In this document: piece by piece, positions 20,339-30,111 of the stretch
Layout: each line of letters starts with the position of its first letter
Numbering within the stretch: the first letter of the stretch is position 1
Origin: Bacteroidales bacterium
Lineage (GTDB): Bacteria; Bacteroidota; Bacteroidia; Bacteroidales; PUMT01
NCBI GenBank assembly: GCA_007133565.1
Contig: SLMM01000088.1
Coordinates: forward strand, 4,191-68,190
Reading direction: 5' to 3'
Length of the DNA stretch: 64,000 nt
The notes under the pieces: generated by a model
What the model was told of the DNA's origin: nothing
The model's database searches: none
What the model saw: the letters and a program-made list of their open reading frames with translations, nothing else
Position numbers and translations under genes: made by a program

Positions 20339-23300
20339 ATGCAAAGATTTCTACCCCTGGTTTCATTCCTGCTTGTAAGTCTATTTTGCCAGCACACCCT
20401 GTCGCAGTCGAATTCGCCTTTCACCGAAGATCCGGAAATTTTTGCCGGCGAGTTGAGAAGCTTCATGGCCAGAAGCCTCAATGAAGGGCAGTCCGCTGAA
20501 ATGGAAGCCTTTATACAGTTATGGGAATCGGGGTCGTTCAACCTGCAGGAAAAGGAATTTGTGATAGCAACAGCAAATAAGCTCAGGTTACGCAATGCCA
20601 GGCCGGTTCCCCATATTTTCAGCTTTATGGAAACACTGTCAGCTTTTGCCGGTAGCGGGCACAGAGGCGATAATTTCCGGGTCTGGCAGGAGGCATTTAC
20701 ACGCATCGCAGGAAATAGTGACTTCACTTTAACCGGTATCAATGACTTTCTTATCACATCTCGCAAACTTGTAACACATAATCTGCTTTACAGTTCTGGT
20801 GCATTTTCATGGAAAGCAGACAGGGATGACTTCAGGATGGTTCTGGACGGGTCGTTAAGGATTGTTTTCGGTAATACCAGCATTATTGCATTTAACCATA
20901 TAGACACGCTCGCAATTCTGAATACAAGTGGTCATTTTTACCCGGAAGAGCAGGTTTGGAAAGGCAGTGGCGGCAGGGTAACATGGGAACGCGGGGGACT
21001 GGATCAGGGAGAGGCAGAGGCCGGCCTTGCCGGGTACACAGTCAACCTTTCGAGAAACGAATATACCGCCGATTCCGTCAGCTTCAGCTTCAGCCGTTAT
21101 CTTACCTCTCCTATGACCGGCAGGCTGACAGACAGGCTTATGTCTACATCCAACAGGGATAATGCCGGTTACCCAAGGTTTGAATCTTACGGCCGGGAAC
21201 TGAAAATAAACGGAATATATGAGGGTGTGGATTACGAAGGGGGGTTCAGCGTGCGTGGAAGCAGGCTGATAGGTTCGGGAGGAGATACAGGGAATGCCAT
21301 TATACATTTCCACCTGAACGGTGAACGATGGCTGACAACAGAATCAGGCCATTTTGTTTTCAGGCCGCGCGGCATGTCTTCAGTGAGTGCCAGTATCCTG
21401 TTCCACCTCGAAAATGATACCGTCTACCACCCCGATATGCATTTGAATTATATAGACCAGACCAGGGAGCTGTCCATAACAAGCAACCAGAAGGTTATTT
21501 CACAGAGTCCCTGGTTTAACGGCTTTCATAATATTGATATGAGGTTCTCCCAACTGGTTTGGAACATAGATGAACAGGAGATAAAATTTACGATGCCCCG
21601 GGCAGCTTCTGCCGGACATGCAAGTTTTGAATCCCTGGGTTTTTTTAACCGCCACAGGTACAACCGGCTGCAAGGGATGTCGCAGAATCACCCGTTTGCG
21701 GCTTTGAGAAATTTTGCCGCACAATACAACCATCCGGAAATGCCTGTAGAAGATTATGCGAGGGCCCTCCGCAGGTCGCTTCCCGAGGTCAGGAGACAGC
21801 TCCTGGATCTGACGATTGAAGGTTTTATCTTTTACGACACCGAAACTGACATGTTCCGCATAAGGCCAAAGCTCCAGAACTATCTTCAGGCCAATGCCAG
21901 GCGTATTGATTATGATATTATAACCTTTGAATCGACAACTGAGCCTCCAAACGACAATGCTGTACTCGACCTTACAACCAATGACCTTACAATTAACGGC
22001 ATTCCCAGGGTACATATCAGCAATACCCATAATGTCGGCATTCTGCCTGTGAATAATACCCTTACACTGAAAAGAAACAGGAATTTCAATTTTGATGGAA
22101 CTATAAATGCCGGCAACCTCTCTTTCTTCGGAAGTAATTTTACTTTTGACTATGAACTGTTCACCATCAATCTCCAGAATGTAGACTCAATAAGGTTACG
22201 TGCCCGGCTGGATGAAAGAGATGCATACGGCCAGGCACTCCTGACACAGGTTACCAATACCATCCATACTGTTACAGGTGAACTGGTTATCGACAGACCT
22301 TTTAACAAATCAGGCAGGGTCGAAATGCCCGAATATCCGAAATTCAACAGCACCGAATATTCTTATGTTTTCTACGACAGACCCGGGATTTATGACGGAG
22401 TATATGAATCCGGCAGCTTCTACTTCGAGCTTGAGCCTTTCATGATGGACAGCCTTAACACCTTCAGGAATGAGAACCTGCGATTTAACGGGAAACTGGT
22501 ATCTGCAGGAATTTTTCCTGATATTACAGAGCAGCTGGTCCTGCAGGATGACTACTCCCTTGGAATGAACCATACCGTTCCCGTCGGCATCCCGGTATAC
22601 GGCGACAGAGGAACCTTCTACCATGAAATCCAGCTCAGCAACAGCGGACTCACAGGAAGCGGCAGGCTCGGGTTCCATGCGGCCGAGCTCTCGTCAAACA
22701 GGTTCATCTTCTTTCCCGACTCTATGAAAGTAACAACTGATGACTTTATTGTGCACCGGCAGACAGCCAAAACAGAATTCCCGGCAGTGAAGTCTTCGGG
22801 AAACAAGGTAAAGTGGCTTCCTTACGATGACAAAATGAGCGTGTACCAGTATGATGACGGTTTCAGCCTGTTCAGTGACAAAGCCCTGCTGAAGGGCCGT
22901 CTGGAGCTGGGAAGCTCCGGATTGAGGGGTGCCGGTAGCATGAGCCTTGAATATGCACTTGTATCCTCAGATAATTACATGTTCAAATCAGAATCCTTCA
23001 GTGCCGATACCGGAGGCCTGATTCTGCAGAGGCCGGACAGACCGCCGGCAATATCTGCATCAGGTATCAGCTTTGATATAGACGTAGCCGGTGAAAGGGG
23101 AGTTTTCATCAGGCCGCAGGAAGCTGAAGAAGTATTGCTGGTGCTGAATGGATATGTAACCAACCCGGCATCAATAGAATGGGACATGAGCGAACGCAGA
23201 TTTGACCTGTTGTCTGAACTTGTCTGTTCCTTATCCGGCCGCAGGGGGGCAAGCTACACATCTACAGGAAGCGGGCAGGATTCGCTTTATTTTTTCTCCC

Positions 23301-24832
23301 CGCATGCGGTGGTTGACTACCGCAATGAGCAGGTCAGGGCAGAGGGTGTAGAATATATTGAAGTGGCTGATGCACTGGTTTACCCTTCAGGTGAAACAGT
23401 TATCATTGCCGCAGAATCCCAAATGATGCCGTTGAAAGATGCGAGGGTTATTGCAGGCAGCAACGGACAATCCCACGAAATATACGGATCAGACCTCTCA
23501 ATTGATGGAAAATACAGTTACAGAGGGTCGGGTTACATTGATTACCGTAATGAAAGGGATGAAATTCAGCAGATCCGGTTTGATGAAATATCAGTCAACG
23601 CCGACACCATAACATTCGCTTCGGGCAAAATAGGTGATAAAGACAACTTTATGCTCAGCCCCTGGTTTTCGTTCTCGGGTAATGCAGAATTACTTGCAAA
23701 CCGGCGATTACTGAAATTCAGCGGCATCTCCCTGACAGTACATGACTGCCTGTTACCTGATGACCGTGGAGTATCATTCAGCAATATAATTGATCCTGTC
23801 GAGGTCCTTATACCTGTAGCTGAACAGCCTCTATCTGAAGAAGGTGAAAGGATCTATGCAGGAATTTTTATTGCAACCGATTCTGTGCATATCTACCCTG
23901 CATTTTTCACCCCCAGGAGAAACTGGGCTGACAGGTTTATCATTACCGCGAACGGATATATGAAGTATGACCAGCTTTCAGGCGAATACAGGATAACCTC
24001 TGTGGAAAGGCACCACGACCCCGGTATTACCGAAAACATGCTTAGCCTTGACCCGTATGGGTGCATTATGCGGGGTGAAGGACCGCTTGAACTGGGAGTG
24101 GACCTGGGACAGGTGGAAATATCGGCAATGGGTCAAGCCCGGAATGAAGTAAACATAAACGAAACGCAGCTTGAAGGAATGCTGATGCTGGACTTTTTCC
24201 TGTCGGATGAAGCACTTGGACTGATCACTGCTGCAGCTGACAGGCTGCAGGGTGAACCGGTCAGCCCTTCTTCATGGTATTATGAACGCGGACTGAAATG
24301 GATGCTGGGTAATGAAAGAGCAGAAGCATTCAGGAATGAGGTGGAGGCCGGCAACACGAAAGTCCCCTTCCCCGAGGAGATGGAAAAGACATTCCTGTTT
24401 TCTGACATTAAACTTGTCTGGAACAAGGAGAGCAGGTCATACCGGTCGCACGGGCCTATTGGAATTGCAGCGATCGGTGGCACGCCGGTCAACAGGAGTT
24501 TCACCGGGTACCTTGAGATAACAAAGAGAAGGTCGGGCGACTTCGCGGACCTGTACATCGAGTTTGACGAAAACACGTGGTACTATTTCGGTTACACCCG
24601 TGGAACAATGCAAACTTACTCTTCCGATACTGAGTATTTGAGAATTGTGGAAGAAACACCTCTCAGGCACCGGAGAATGAGTGTTCCCGCCCGGGATACC
24701 AGGTATGTTTATATGCTGGCTACCGACACGAAAATGGAGCAGTTTTTCAGGGTTTACCGCCGGCATCTTGAAGGGCAGACGCTTGTTATTCCGGACGAGG
24801 AGATTGATTACCCTGATGAGGACCCTGATTAA
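20339..24832 (+). CDS. Very large exported protein of unknown function
   Basis: Uninterrupted 1497-codon ORF with an N-terminal signal peptide (FLPLVSFLLVSLFCQHTLSQS). Composition is beta-rich (N/S/G/Y/F) with an acidic tail (EEIDYPDEDPD). I recognise no catalytic or family motif. Confidence 0.8.
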   Translation: MQRFLPLVSFLLVSLFCQHTLSQSNSPFTEDPEIFAGELRSFMARSLNEGQSAEMEAFIQLWESGSFNLQEKEFVIATANKLRLRNARPVPHIFSFMETLSAFAGSGHRGDNFRVWQEAFTRIAGNSDFTLTGINDFLITSRKLVTHNLLYSSGAFSWKADRDDFRMVLDGSLRIVFGNTSIIAFNHIDTLAILNTSGHFYPEEQVWKGSGGRVTWERGGLDQGEAEAGLAGYTVNLSRNEYTADSVSFSFSRYLTSPMTGRLTDRLMSTSNRDNAGYPRFESYGRELKINGIYEGVDYEGGFSVRGSRLIGSGGDTGNAIIHFHLNGERWLTTESGHFVFRPRGMSSVSASILFHLENDTVYHPDMHLNYIDQTRELSITSNQKVISQSPWFNGFHNIDMRFSQLVWNIDEQEIKFTMPRAASAGHASFESLGFFNRHRYNRLQGMSQNHPFAALRNFAAQYNHPEMPVEDYARALRRSLPEVRRQLLDLTIEGFIFYDTETDMFRIRPKLQNYLQANARRIDYDIITFESTTEPPNDNAVLDLTTNDLTINGIPRVHISNTHNVGILPVNNTLTLKRNRNFNFDGTINAGNLSFFGSNFTFDYELFTINLQNVDSIRLRARLDERDAYGQALLTQVTNTIHTVTGELVIDRPFNKSGRVEMPEYPKFNSTEYSYVFYDRPGIYDGVYESGSFYFELEPFMMDSLNTFRNENLRFNGKLVSAGIFPDITEQLVLQDDYSLGMNHTVPVGIPVYGDRGTFYHEIQLSNSGLTGSGRLGFHAAELSSNRFIFFPDSMKVTTDDFIVHRQTAKTEFPAVKSSGNKVKWLPYDDKMSVYQYDDGFSLFSDKALLKGRLELGSSGLRGAGSMSLEYALVSSDNYMFKSESFSADTGGLILQRPDRPPAISASGISFDIDVAGERGVFIRPQEAEEVLLVLNGYVTNPASIEWDMSERRFDLLSELVCSLSGRRGASYTSTGSGQDSLYFFSPHAVVDYRNEQVRAEGVEYIEVADALVYPSGETVIIAAESQMMPLKDARVIAGSNGQSHEIYGSDLSIDGKYSYRGSGYIDYRNERDEIQQIRFDEISVNADTITFASGKIGDKDNFMLSPWFSFSGNAELLANRRLLKFSGISLTVHDCLLPDDRGVSFSNIIDPVEVLIPVAEQPLSEEGERIYAGIFIATDSVHIYPAFFTPRRNWADRFIITANGYMKYDQLSGEYRITSVERHHDPGITENMLSLDPYGCIMRGEGPLELGVDLGQVEISAMGQARNEVNINETQLEGMLMLDFFLSDEALGLITAAADRLQGEPVSPSSWYYERGLKWMLGNERAEAFRNEVEAGNTKVPFPEEMEKTFLFSDIKLVWNKESRSYRSHGPIGIAAIGGTPVNRSFTGYLEITKRRSGDFADLYIEFDENTWYYFGYTRGTMQTYSSDTEYLRIVEETPLRHRRMSVPARDTRYVYMLATDTKMEQFFRVYRRHLEGQTLVIPDEEIDYPDEDPD

Positions 24833-24914
24833 TAGCTAATTTTTCAATAAAACCTTAATTTTAAAGCCGGAAACCTGTCAAAAGGCTCCGGTACACAGCA
24901 AAAACGCAATAATA

Positions 24915-25622
24915 ATGCATTTGTTCTATACTCCCCGGGCACAAAAGGGAATATTTACACTCGACAGCAGTGAATCAGCCCACTGCACCCGTGTCCTTCG
25001 CCTTGAAACCGGCGACAGCATATCTGTGACCGACGGTAAAGGCAAAATGATGAAAGCACGTATCATTAAACCCGATAAAAAAGCTTGTGTAGCTGAAATA
25101 GTTGAAATAAGGAATACACCTCCCGAAAGGGACTTTTCAGTGCAGATTGCCATTGCTCCCACCAAAAACATCGACAGGTTTGAGTGGTTCCTTGAAAAAT
25201 CCGTTGAAATAGGAGTTGACAGAATAATACCCCTTTTGTGCAGGAATTCAGAGCGAAGATCCATAAAGCATGAGAGACTATCCAAAGTAATGATAGCCGC
25301 AATGAAACAGTCACTCAGCGCCTGGCTGCCACAAATCACACCTCTTGTAGCCTTCGATGATTTCGTTGCAGAATCTTATGACGGAACAAAGCTTATCGCA
25401 ACGGTCAGTGCAGACATCGCCAGCAACCCGGGAAAACTATACAAACCCGGCAATGATGCTCTGATACTGATTGGCCCGGAGGGCGATTTCAGCAACACGG
25501 AGATGGACCTGGCAATAAAAAACGGGTTCTTACCGGTAAGTCTGTCAAATAAAAGATTACGCACCGAAACAGCAGGCCTTGTAGCATGCCATTCGGTTAA
25601 CTTTCTTAATGACCTTCGCTAA
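24915..25622 (+). CDS. rsmE: 16S rRNA (uracil1498-N3)-methyltransferase
   Basis: PUA-like N-terminus (HCTRVLRLETGDSISVTDGKG) and a SPOUT C-terminus (LIGPEGDFS, LRTETAG). Confidence 0.85.
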   Translation: MHLFYTPRAQKGIFTLDSSESAHCTRVLRLETGDSISVTDGKGKMMKARIIKPDKKACVAEIVEIRNTPPERDFSVQIAIAPTKNIDRFEWFLEKSVEIGVDRIIPLLCRNSERRSIKHERLSKVMIAAMKQSLSAWLPQITPLVAFDDFVAESYDGTKLIATVSADIASNPGKLYKPGNDALILIGPEGDFSNTEMDLAIKNGFLPVSLSNKRLRTETAGLVACHSVNFLNDLR

Positions 25623-25858
25623 CGGGACTTTCCGTGCGATCCCCTGATCTGCTGCCCCGCATATTCAACCAGGTTCCTGACCACTGAACTTCGTATATCA
25701 AAACTCTGCCGGTTGAGATATGACAAAACATCGTCGTACTCATTAAAACTTAACAGCGATCCCGAATCTAAAATCTCCGGATGAGGTTTTTCACGGTCAT
25801 CCAGTTTGAAAATGTAATGGTAGTAGTGTCTCATAGGCAATTTAACAACTTTTAACAC
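25619..25858 (-). CDS. Small hypothetical protein (doubtful)
   Basis: 79-codon ORF with a GTG start; an internal ATG at 25834 would give 71 aa. It begins 12 nt after the sigma-gene terminator T-tract, and its stop overlaps the convergent rsmE stop. No TM segment, zinc-finger or other motif is visible. Confidence 0.3.
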   Translation of the reverse strand: MLKVVKLPMRHYYHYIFKLDDREKPHPEILDSGSLLSFNEYDDVLSYLNRQSFDIRSSVVRNLVEYAGQQIRGSHGKSR

Positions 25859-25869
25859 CCTTTGTGCAC

Positions 25870-25917
25870 AAAAAACGAAAGTTGGGGAAATTTAGTATTG
25901 CAAATTCTCCCAACTTT
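25870..25917 (-). terminator. Rho-independent terminator of the ECF sigma gene
   Basis: On the minus strand: AAAGTTGGG...CCCAACTTT (9 bp), extendable by about 6 further A-U/G-U pairs, followed by cgTTTTTTg. Confidence 0.7.
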
Positions 25918-25956
25918 TGTATCAAATTGCCCTTAAATAATAACACCTGCTGATTA

Positions 25957-26547
25957 TCAGCTCATTGTAAGGCTTATGTTTTTTCGCATAATCAGCTTCC
26001 TCAAATTGATGAGGGCATACCGCATCCTGCCCAGGGCAGTATTAATGCTGACATCTGTCTGTTCAGCAATCTCCTTAAAGCTCATGCCACCATAGTGGCG
26101 CAAAAGGATCACCTGCTTCTGCTCTTCGGGCAGTTCATCGATGAGCATGCGTACATCATTGGTTATCTGCTCCCTTATAAGAACATCTTCAATATTCTGA
26201 TCTGACAGCTTCTTTGAGTTGAAGATGTCTGCTTCATAGTCATCATTTGACAATGTGTTGATCTGTTTCTCTTTCCTGAAGTGGTCAATTATCAGGTTAT
26301 GGGCTATCCTGATTACCCAGGATGCAAAGCGTCCGTTATCCTTGTATTTTCCATCAACAAGCGATCTTATAACCTTGATGAACGTGTCCTGGAAAATATC
26401 TTCGGCAAGCTGCTGGTTTTTCACAACCAGCAGTATATAAGTATAGACCTTGGTTTTATGCCTGTTGATAAGTTTTTCAATGCCTGACCTGTCGCCTGAA
26501 AGAAACTGTTCTATGAGCTCCTGATCGCTCAAATTCCTTGCTTCCAC
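25957..26547 (-). CDS. ECF-type RNA polymerase sigma-70 family factor
   Basis: 196-aa ORF. Region 2 reads DIFQDTFIKV...FASWVIRIAHNLIIDHFRK and region 4 reads LPEEQKQVILLRHYGGMSFKEIAEQTDVSINTALGRMRYA. Confidence 0.85.
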   Translation of the reverse strand: MEARNLSDQELIEQFLSGDRSGIEKLINRHKTKVYTYILLVVKNQQLAEDIFQDTFIKVIRSLVDGKYKDNGRFASWVIRIAHNLIIDHFRKEKQINTLSNDDYEADIFNSKKLSDQNIEDVLIREQITNDVRMLIDELPEEQKQVILLRHYGGMSFKEIAEQTDVSINTALGRMRYALINLRKLIMRKNISLTMS

Positions 26548-26790
26548 GTCTACCTCCTTTTTTTATTTCCTGGCGTAAAAGTTTCCCGATAGCAGCTTCT
26601 TTTTATAGGTTAAACATTCTGACTATAATATACAAAGTAATAAAAAAAAAATGGTTTCATAAAGTATTTTAAAATACAAAAGAAAACTGCTACCTTGCAC
26701 CAGGAACATTAAACACAATCACCCTGATCTGGTGGATTTTACCACCTTTCAAATTTTTCTTCATTCCGTATCTAATAACAAACAATAATT

Positions 26791-29616
26791 ATGCCAGAAA
26801 ATGACTCCTGTATGCGGGGGGAGATATTGATCAAAGGAGCCAGGGTTCATAACCTGAAAAATATCAGTCTGGGTATACCGCGCGATCAGTTTATTGTTAT
26901 TACAGGATTATCCGGCTCAGGCAAATCATCGCTCGCCTTTGACACCCTTTATGCCGAAGGTCAGAGGCGCTATGTTGAGAGTCTATCATCATACGCCAGG
27001 CAGTTTCTGGGCAGAATAAACAAACCCGAAGTTGATTTTATCAGGGGCATACCTCCCGCAATTGCGATAGAACAAAAGGTAAACACCCTTAATCCCCGGT
27101 CAACAGTCGGAACCTCAACTGAAATATATGACTATCTAAGATTGCTTTATGCACGGATAGGGCGTACCATATCACCGGCTTCCGGCCGGGAAGTCACCAG
27201 GCACAGCGTTACCGACGTGGTAAACCATATATTGTCGCTCGGAGAAGATACAACAGTCCTTATTCTGGCCCCGTTAAAGGTAACTGACAGGGAGACAATT
27301 GAAAAGAACTTCAGGATACGCCTCCAGCAGGGTATAACAAGAATCCATGTTGACAACCGTACTGAAAAGCTGCAGGATGTCATTGAGGATTTTCAGAATT
27401 TTGATGTTCCGGATAAACTCTTTCTTGTGATTGACCGGCTCAGGGTCTCCTGGGATGGAGACACACGTTCCAGGATAGCCGATTCGGTCGAAACAGCTTT
27501 TTACGAAGGAAACGGTGAGTGCATGCTTAAAACCGGACAGGGAAAGGATTCTAAAGAGATGCCGTTTTCTACCCGCTTTGAAATAGATGGCATAACTTTC
27601 GAAGAGCCGTCAGAGCACATGTTCAGCTTCAATAACCCACTGGGAGCCTGCCCTCTGTGCGAAGGCTACGGAAGGATTATAGGTATCGACGAGGACCTGG
27701 TTGTACCTGATAAAAGCCTGTCCGTTTACAATGACGCAATTGCATGCTGGAGAGGAGAGAAAATGAAAAAATGGAAAGAGAGGCTTATCTATAATGCATC
27801 AAAATTCAGCTTCCCGATCCACAAGGCATGGTATGAGCTGAGCGATGAAATGCGGGAGCTGGTGTGGACCGGCAACAGGTATTTTTACGGACTTGACAGA
27901 TTTTTCAGGCATATTGAAAAAAAGAGCTACAAGATCCAGTACAGGGTAATGCTCTCCAGGTACAGGGGGCGAACCACCTGCAATGAATGTAAGGGCGCCA
28001 GGCTCAGAAAGGAAGCATCATGGGTGAAAATAGGGGGAAGGAGCATACAGGAACTGGTTCAGATGCCTGTAACTGACCTGGCCGGTTTCTTTGAAACCCT
28101 GGCTTTGGAAAAACATGAAACGGAAATTGCCGGCAGGATAATAACCGAAGTACGTAACAGGACCGGGTTTTTGAAGCAGGTCGGACTGGGATACCTCACG
28201 CTTAACAGGCTCTCATCTACCCTTTCGGGAGGCGAATCCCAGCGGATCAGGCTGGCTGCAACCCTGGGGAGCAGTCTCGTTGGATCTCTGTACATACTGG
28301 ATGAACCCAGTATCGGACTTCACCCCCGCGACACCCACCTGCTTACCGGCGTACTGCGCGAACTCACCCGTTCAGGCAACACTGTAATTGTAGTGGAACA
28401 CGACGAGGAGATCATCAGGTCTTCAGACCGCATAATAGATATCGGGCCGCGTTCAGGTCACCTCGGAGGAGAGATTGTATTCAACGGCACGCATGAGATG
28501 CTGTCGGGTAACACCATAAGTCTGACAGCTGCCTATCTCAATGGCAGAATGGGTATACCGCTGCCAAAATCCCGTCAGAGATGGGTTGATTATATCGAGA
28601 TCACCGGCGCCTCGGAAAATAATCTGAAAAGAATTGATGTCAGGTTTCCCCTCAACGTGCTGACTGTAATAACGGGAGTGAGCGGATCAGGCAAATCATC
28701 TCTTGTCCGGGGCATCCTCTATCCAGCCCTGGGCAGATTGTTTGGCAATACCGGCTTAAGGGCGGGTAAGTTCGGAAAACTTACCGGCAACACAAGCCGG
28801 CTTGCAGGAGTTGAAATGATAGATCAGAACCCCATAGGAAGATCATCCAGGTCAAATCCGGTAACCTACGTTAAGGCATGGGATGATATACGTAAGTTAT
28901 ACGCTTCACAATCAGCAGCAAAGATCAACAACTTAACTCCCGGACACTTCTCCTTTAACATAGACGGCGGCCGTTGCGAGGAGTGCCAGGGCGAAGGGAT
29001 CATAAAGGTGGAAATGCAGTTTATGGCAGATGTTACACTCATTTGTGAAAGCTGTGAAGGCAAAAGGTTCAGGGAAGAGGTTCTGGAGGTAAGATACCGG
29101 GAAATGAACATACACGACATACTCGAAATAACGGTTGCCGAAGCAATTGAATTCTTTTCGGCCGACAGAGACGGGCCGGGCAAAAAGATTGCGGACAGGC
29201 TAAAACCTCTTGCAGACGTTGGCCTTGATTACATCAAACTGGGACAGTCTTCTGCAACTCTGAGCGGCGGTGAAAGTCAGAGGGTGAAACTGGCTTCATT
29301 TCTGGGCAGGGAGAAAGAGCGCCAGCCCGTCATGTTTATTTTTGATGAGCCCACTACCGGACTTCATTTTCATGACATAAAAAAGCTTCTGGGAGCCTTC
29401 AGGGCATTGACAGACAGAGGTAACAGCCTTGTGGTTGTTGAACATAACCCTGAAGTGATTAAAATGGCGGACTGGATCATAGACCTTGGGCCTGAAGGTG
29501 GCGAAGAGGGCGGCAGCATCGTATTTGAAGGGACACCTGAAGAACTGGTAAAATGTCCAAAGTCATACACAGGTAAGTACCTGGGGAGCAAGATTTGCAA
29601 AAATATCAGCAATTAG
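26791..29616 (+). CDS. uvrA: Excinuclease ABC subunit A
   Basis: 941-aa ORF with two ABC modules (GLSGSGKSSLAF and GVSGSGKSSL; LSGGESQRIRLA and LSGGESQRVKLA), zinc-finger Cys clusters (CPLCEGYG, CEECQGEG) and a GARVHNLKN N-terminus. Confidence 0.95.
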   Translation: MPENDSCMRGEILIKGARVHNLKNISLGIPRDQFIVITGLSGSGKSSLAFDTLYAEGQRRYVESLSSYARQFLGRINKPEVDFIRGIPPAIAIEQKVNTLNPRSTVGTSTEIYDYLRLLYARIGRTISPASGREVTRHSVTDVVNHILSLGEDTTVLILAPLKVTDRETIEKNFRIRLQQGITRIHVDNRTEKLQDVIEDFQNFDVPDKLFLVIDRLRVSWDGDTRSRIADSVETAFYEGNGECMLKTGQGKDSKEMPFSTRFEIDGITFEEPSEHMFSFNNPLGACPLCEGYGRIIGIDEDLVVPDKSLSVYNDAIACWRGEKMKKWKERLIYNASKFSFPIHKAWYELSDEMRELVWTGNRYFYGLDRFFRHIEKKSYKIQYRVMLSRYRGRTTCNECKGARLRKEASWVKIGGRSIQELVQMPVTDLAGFFETLALEKHETEIAGRIITEVRNRTGFLKQVGLGYLTLNRLSSTLSGGESQRIRLAATLGSSLVGSLYILDEPSIGLHPRDTHLLTGVLRELTRSGNTVIVVEHDEEIIRSSDRIIDIGPRSGHLGGEIVFNGTHEMLSGNTISLTAAYLNGRMGIPLPKSRQRWVDYIEITGASENNLKRIDVRFPLNVLTVITGVSGSGKSSLVRGILYPALGRLFGNTGLRAGKFGKLTGNTSRLAGVEMIDQNPIGRSSRSNPVTYVKAWDDIRKLYASQSAAKINNLTPGHFSFNIDGGRCEECQGEGIIKVEMQFMADVTLICESCEGKRFREEVLEVRYREMNIHDILEITVAEAIEFFSADRDGPGKKIADRLKPLADVGLDYIKLGQSSATLSGGESQRVKLASFLGREKERQPVMFIFDEPTTGLHFHDIKKLLGAFRALTDRGNSLVVVEHNPEVIKMADWIIDLGPEGGEEGGSIVFEGTPEELVKCPKSYTGKYLGSKICKNISN

Positions 29617-29652
29617 GTTCGCAACAAAGCCACGAAAGGAGTATTTTCACCT

Positions 29653-30096
29653 TCACCTTCCTGACAAACCGAAAAGAATAGCTACACAACCGCTTTCGGG
29701 TTCCTCTCCGGGATTAGGCGAAGGCACTCTCAACCATATCATGAGCTGCTGGGATGATTCAAGCCTGAAATCCCATGTTCCCTTGTAATCATTATCGCTG
29801 TTGTCGTAAAGAACATTACGCTGGATATCCATTACCCTGAATTGAATATCGGCCATCAGGTCAGACCCGCATATGGCAATCCTGTAATCCTGGTCAGCAT
29901 AAAATGTTTTATACAATTCAGCTTCTTCTCCCTCCGTAAGTATAGCTGCATGGTAGTTTCCGTCATGAATGTAATGTTCCAGGTCAAGTCTGCAGATCCT
30001 GCGTGCAAAACCCTTGCACTGGCCATCTGCTTTATCCGGCACTCCTGCAAACAATGCAGCAGCTAGAAGAAGAAATACCGGTAAATGTCTCATCAT
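29653..30096 (-). CDS. Small exported Cys-containing protein of unknown function
   Basis: 147-aa ORF with a signal peptide (LPVFLLLAAALFAGV). The mature part contains four Cys. It starts 15 nt downstream of the preceding lipoprotein gene. Confidence 0.6.
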   Translation of the reverse strand: MMRHLPVFLLLAAALFAGVPDKADGQCKGFARRICRLDLEHYIHDGNYHAAILTEGEEAELYKTFYADQDYRIAICGSDLMADIQFRVMDIQRNVLYDNSDNDYKGTWDFRLESSQQLMIWLRVPSPNPGEEPESGCVAILFGLSGR

Positions 30097-30111
30097 GTAA
30101 TAAAATAAATT

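Noticed and set aside
20182-20484. 100-aa ORF spanning the tpiA / giant-ORF intergenic region.
   Set aside because: It overlaps the start of the well-supported 1497-aa ORF in another frame. It has no motif and lies downstream of the tpiA hairpin without a promoter-like box.
20339-24832. Considered calling the 1497-aa protein TamB/AsmA-like or a T9SS cargo or adhesin.
   Set aside because: It has no N-terminal membrane anchor beyond a cleavable-type signal. It has no DUF490-like C-terminus and no T9SS C-terminal sorting-domain-like ending, since the tail is acidic (EEIDYPDEDPD). I therefore leave it unassigned.
26642-26651. Homopolymer tracts in divergent promoter regions that might act as phase-variation switches. 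They are A10 at 26642-26651, T9 at 17092-17100, T8 near 55913, and a T7...A8 pair near 31093-31120.
   Set aside because: The tracts are short and lie in generally AT-rich intergenic DNA. There is no evidence of length heterogeneity from a single sequence, and no contingency-type gene is adjacent.
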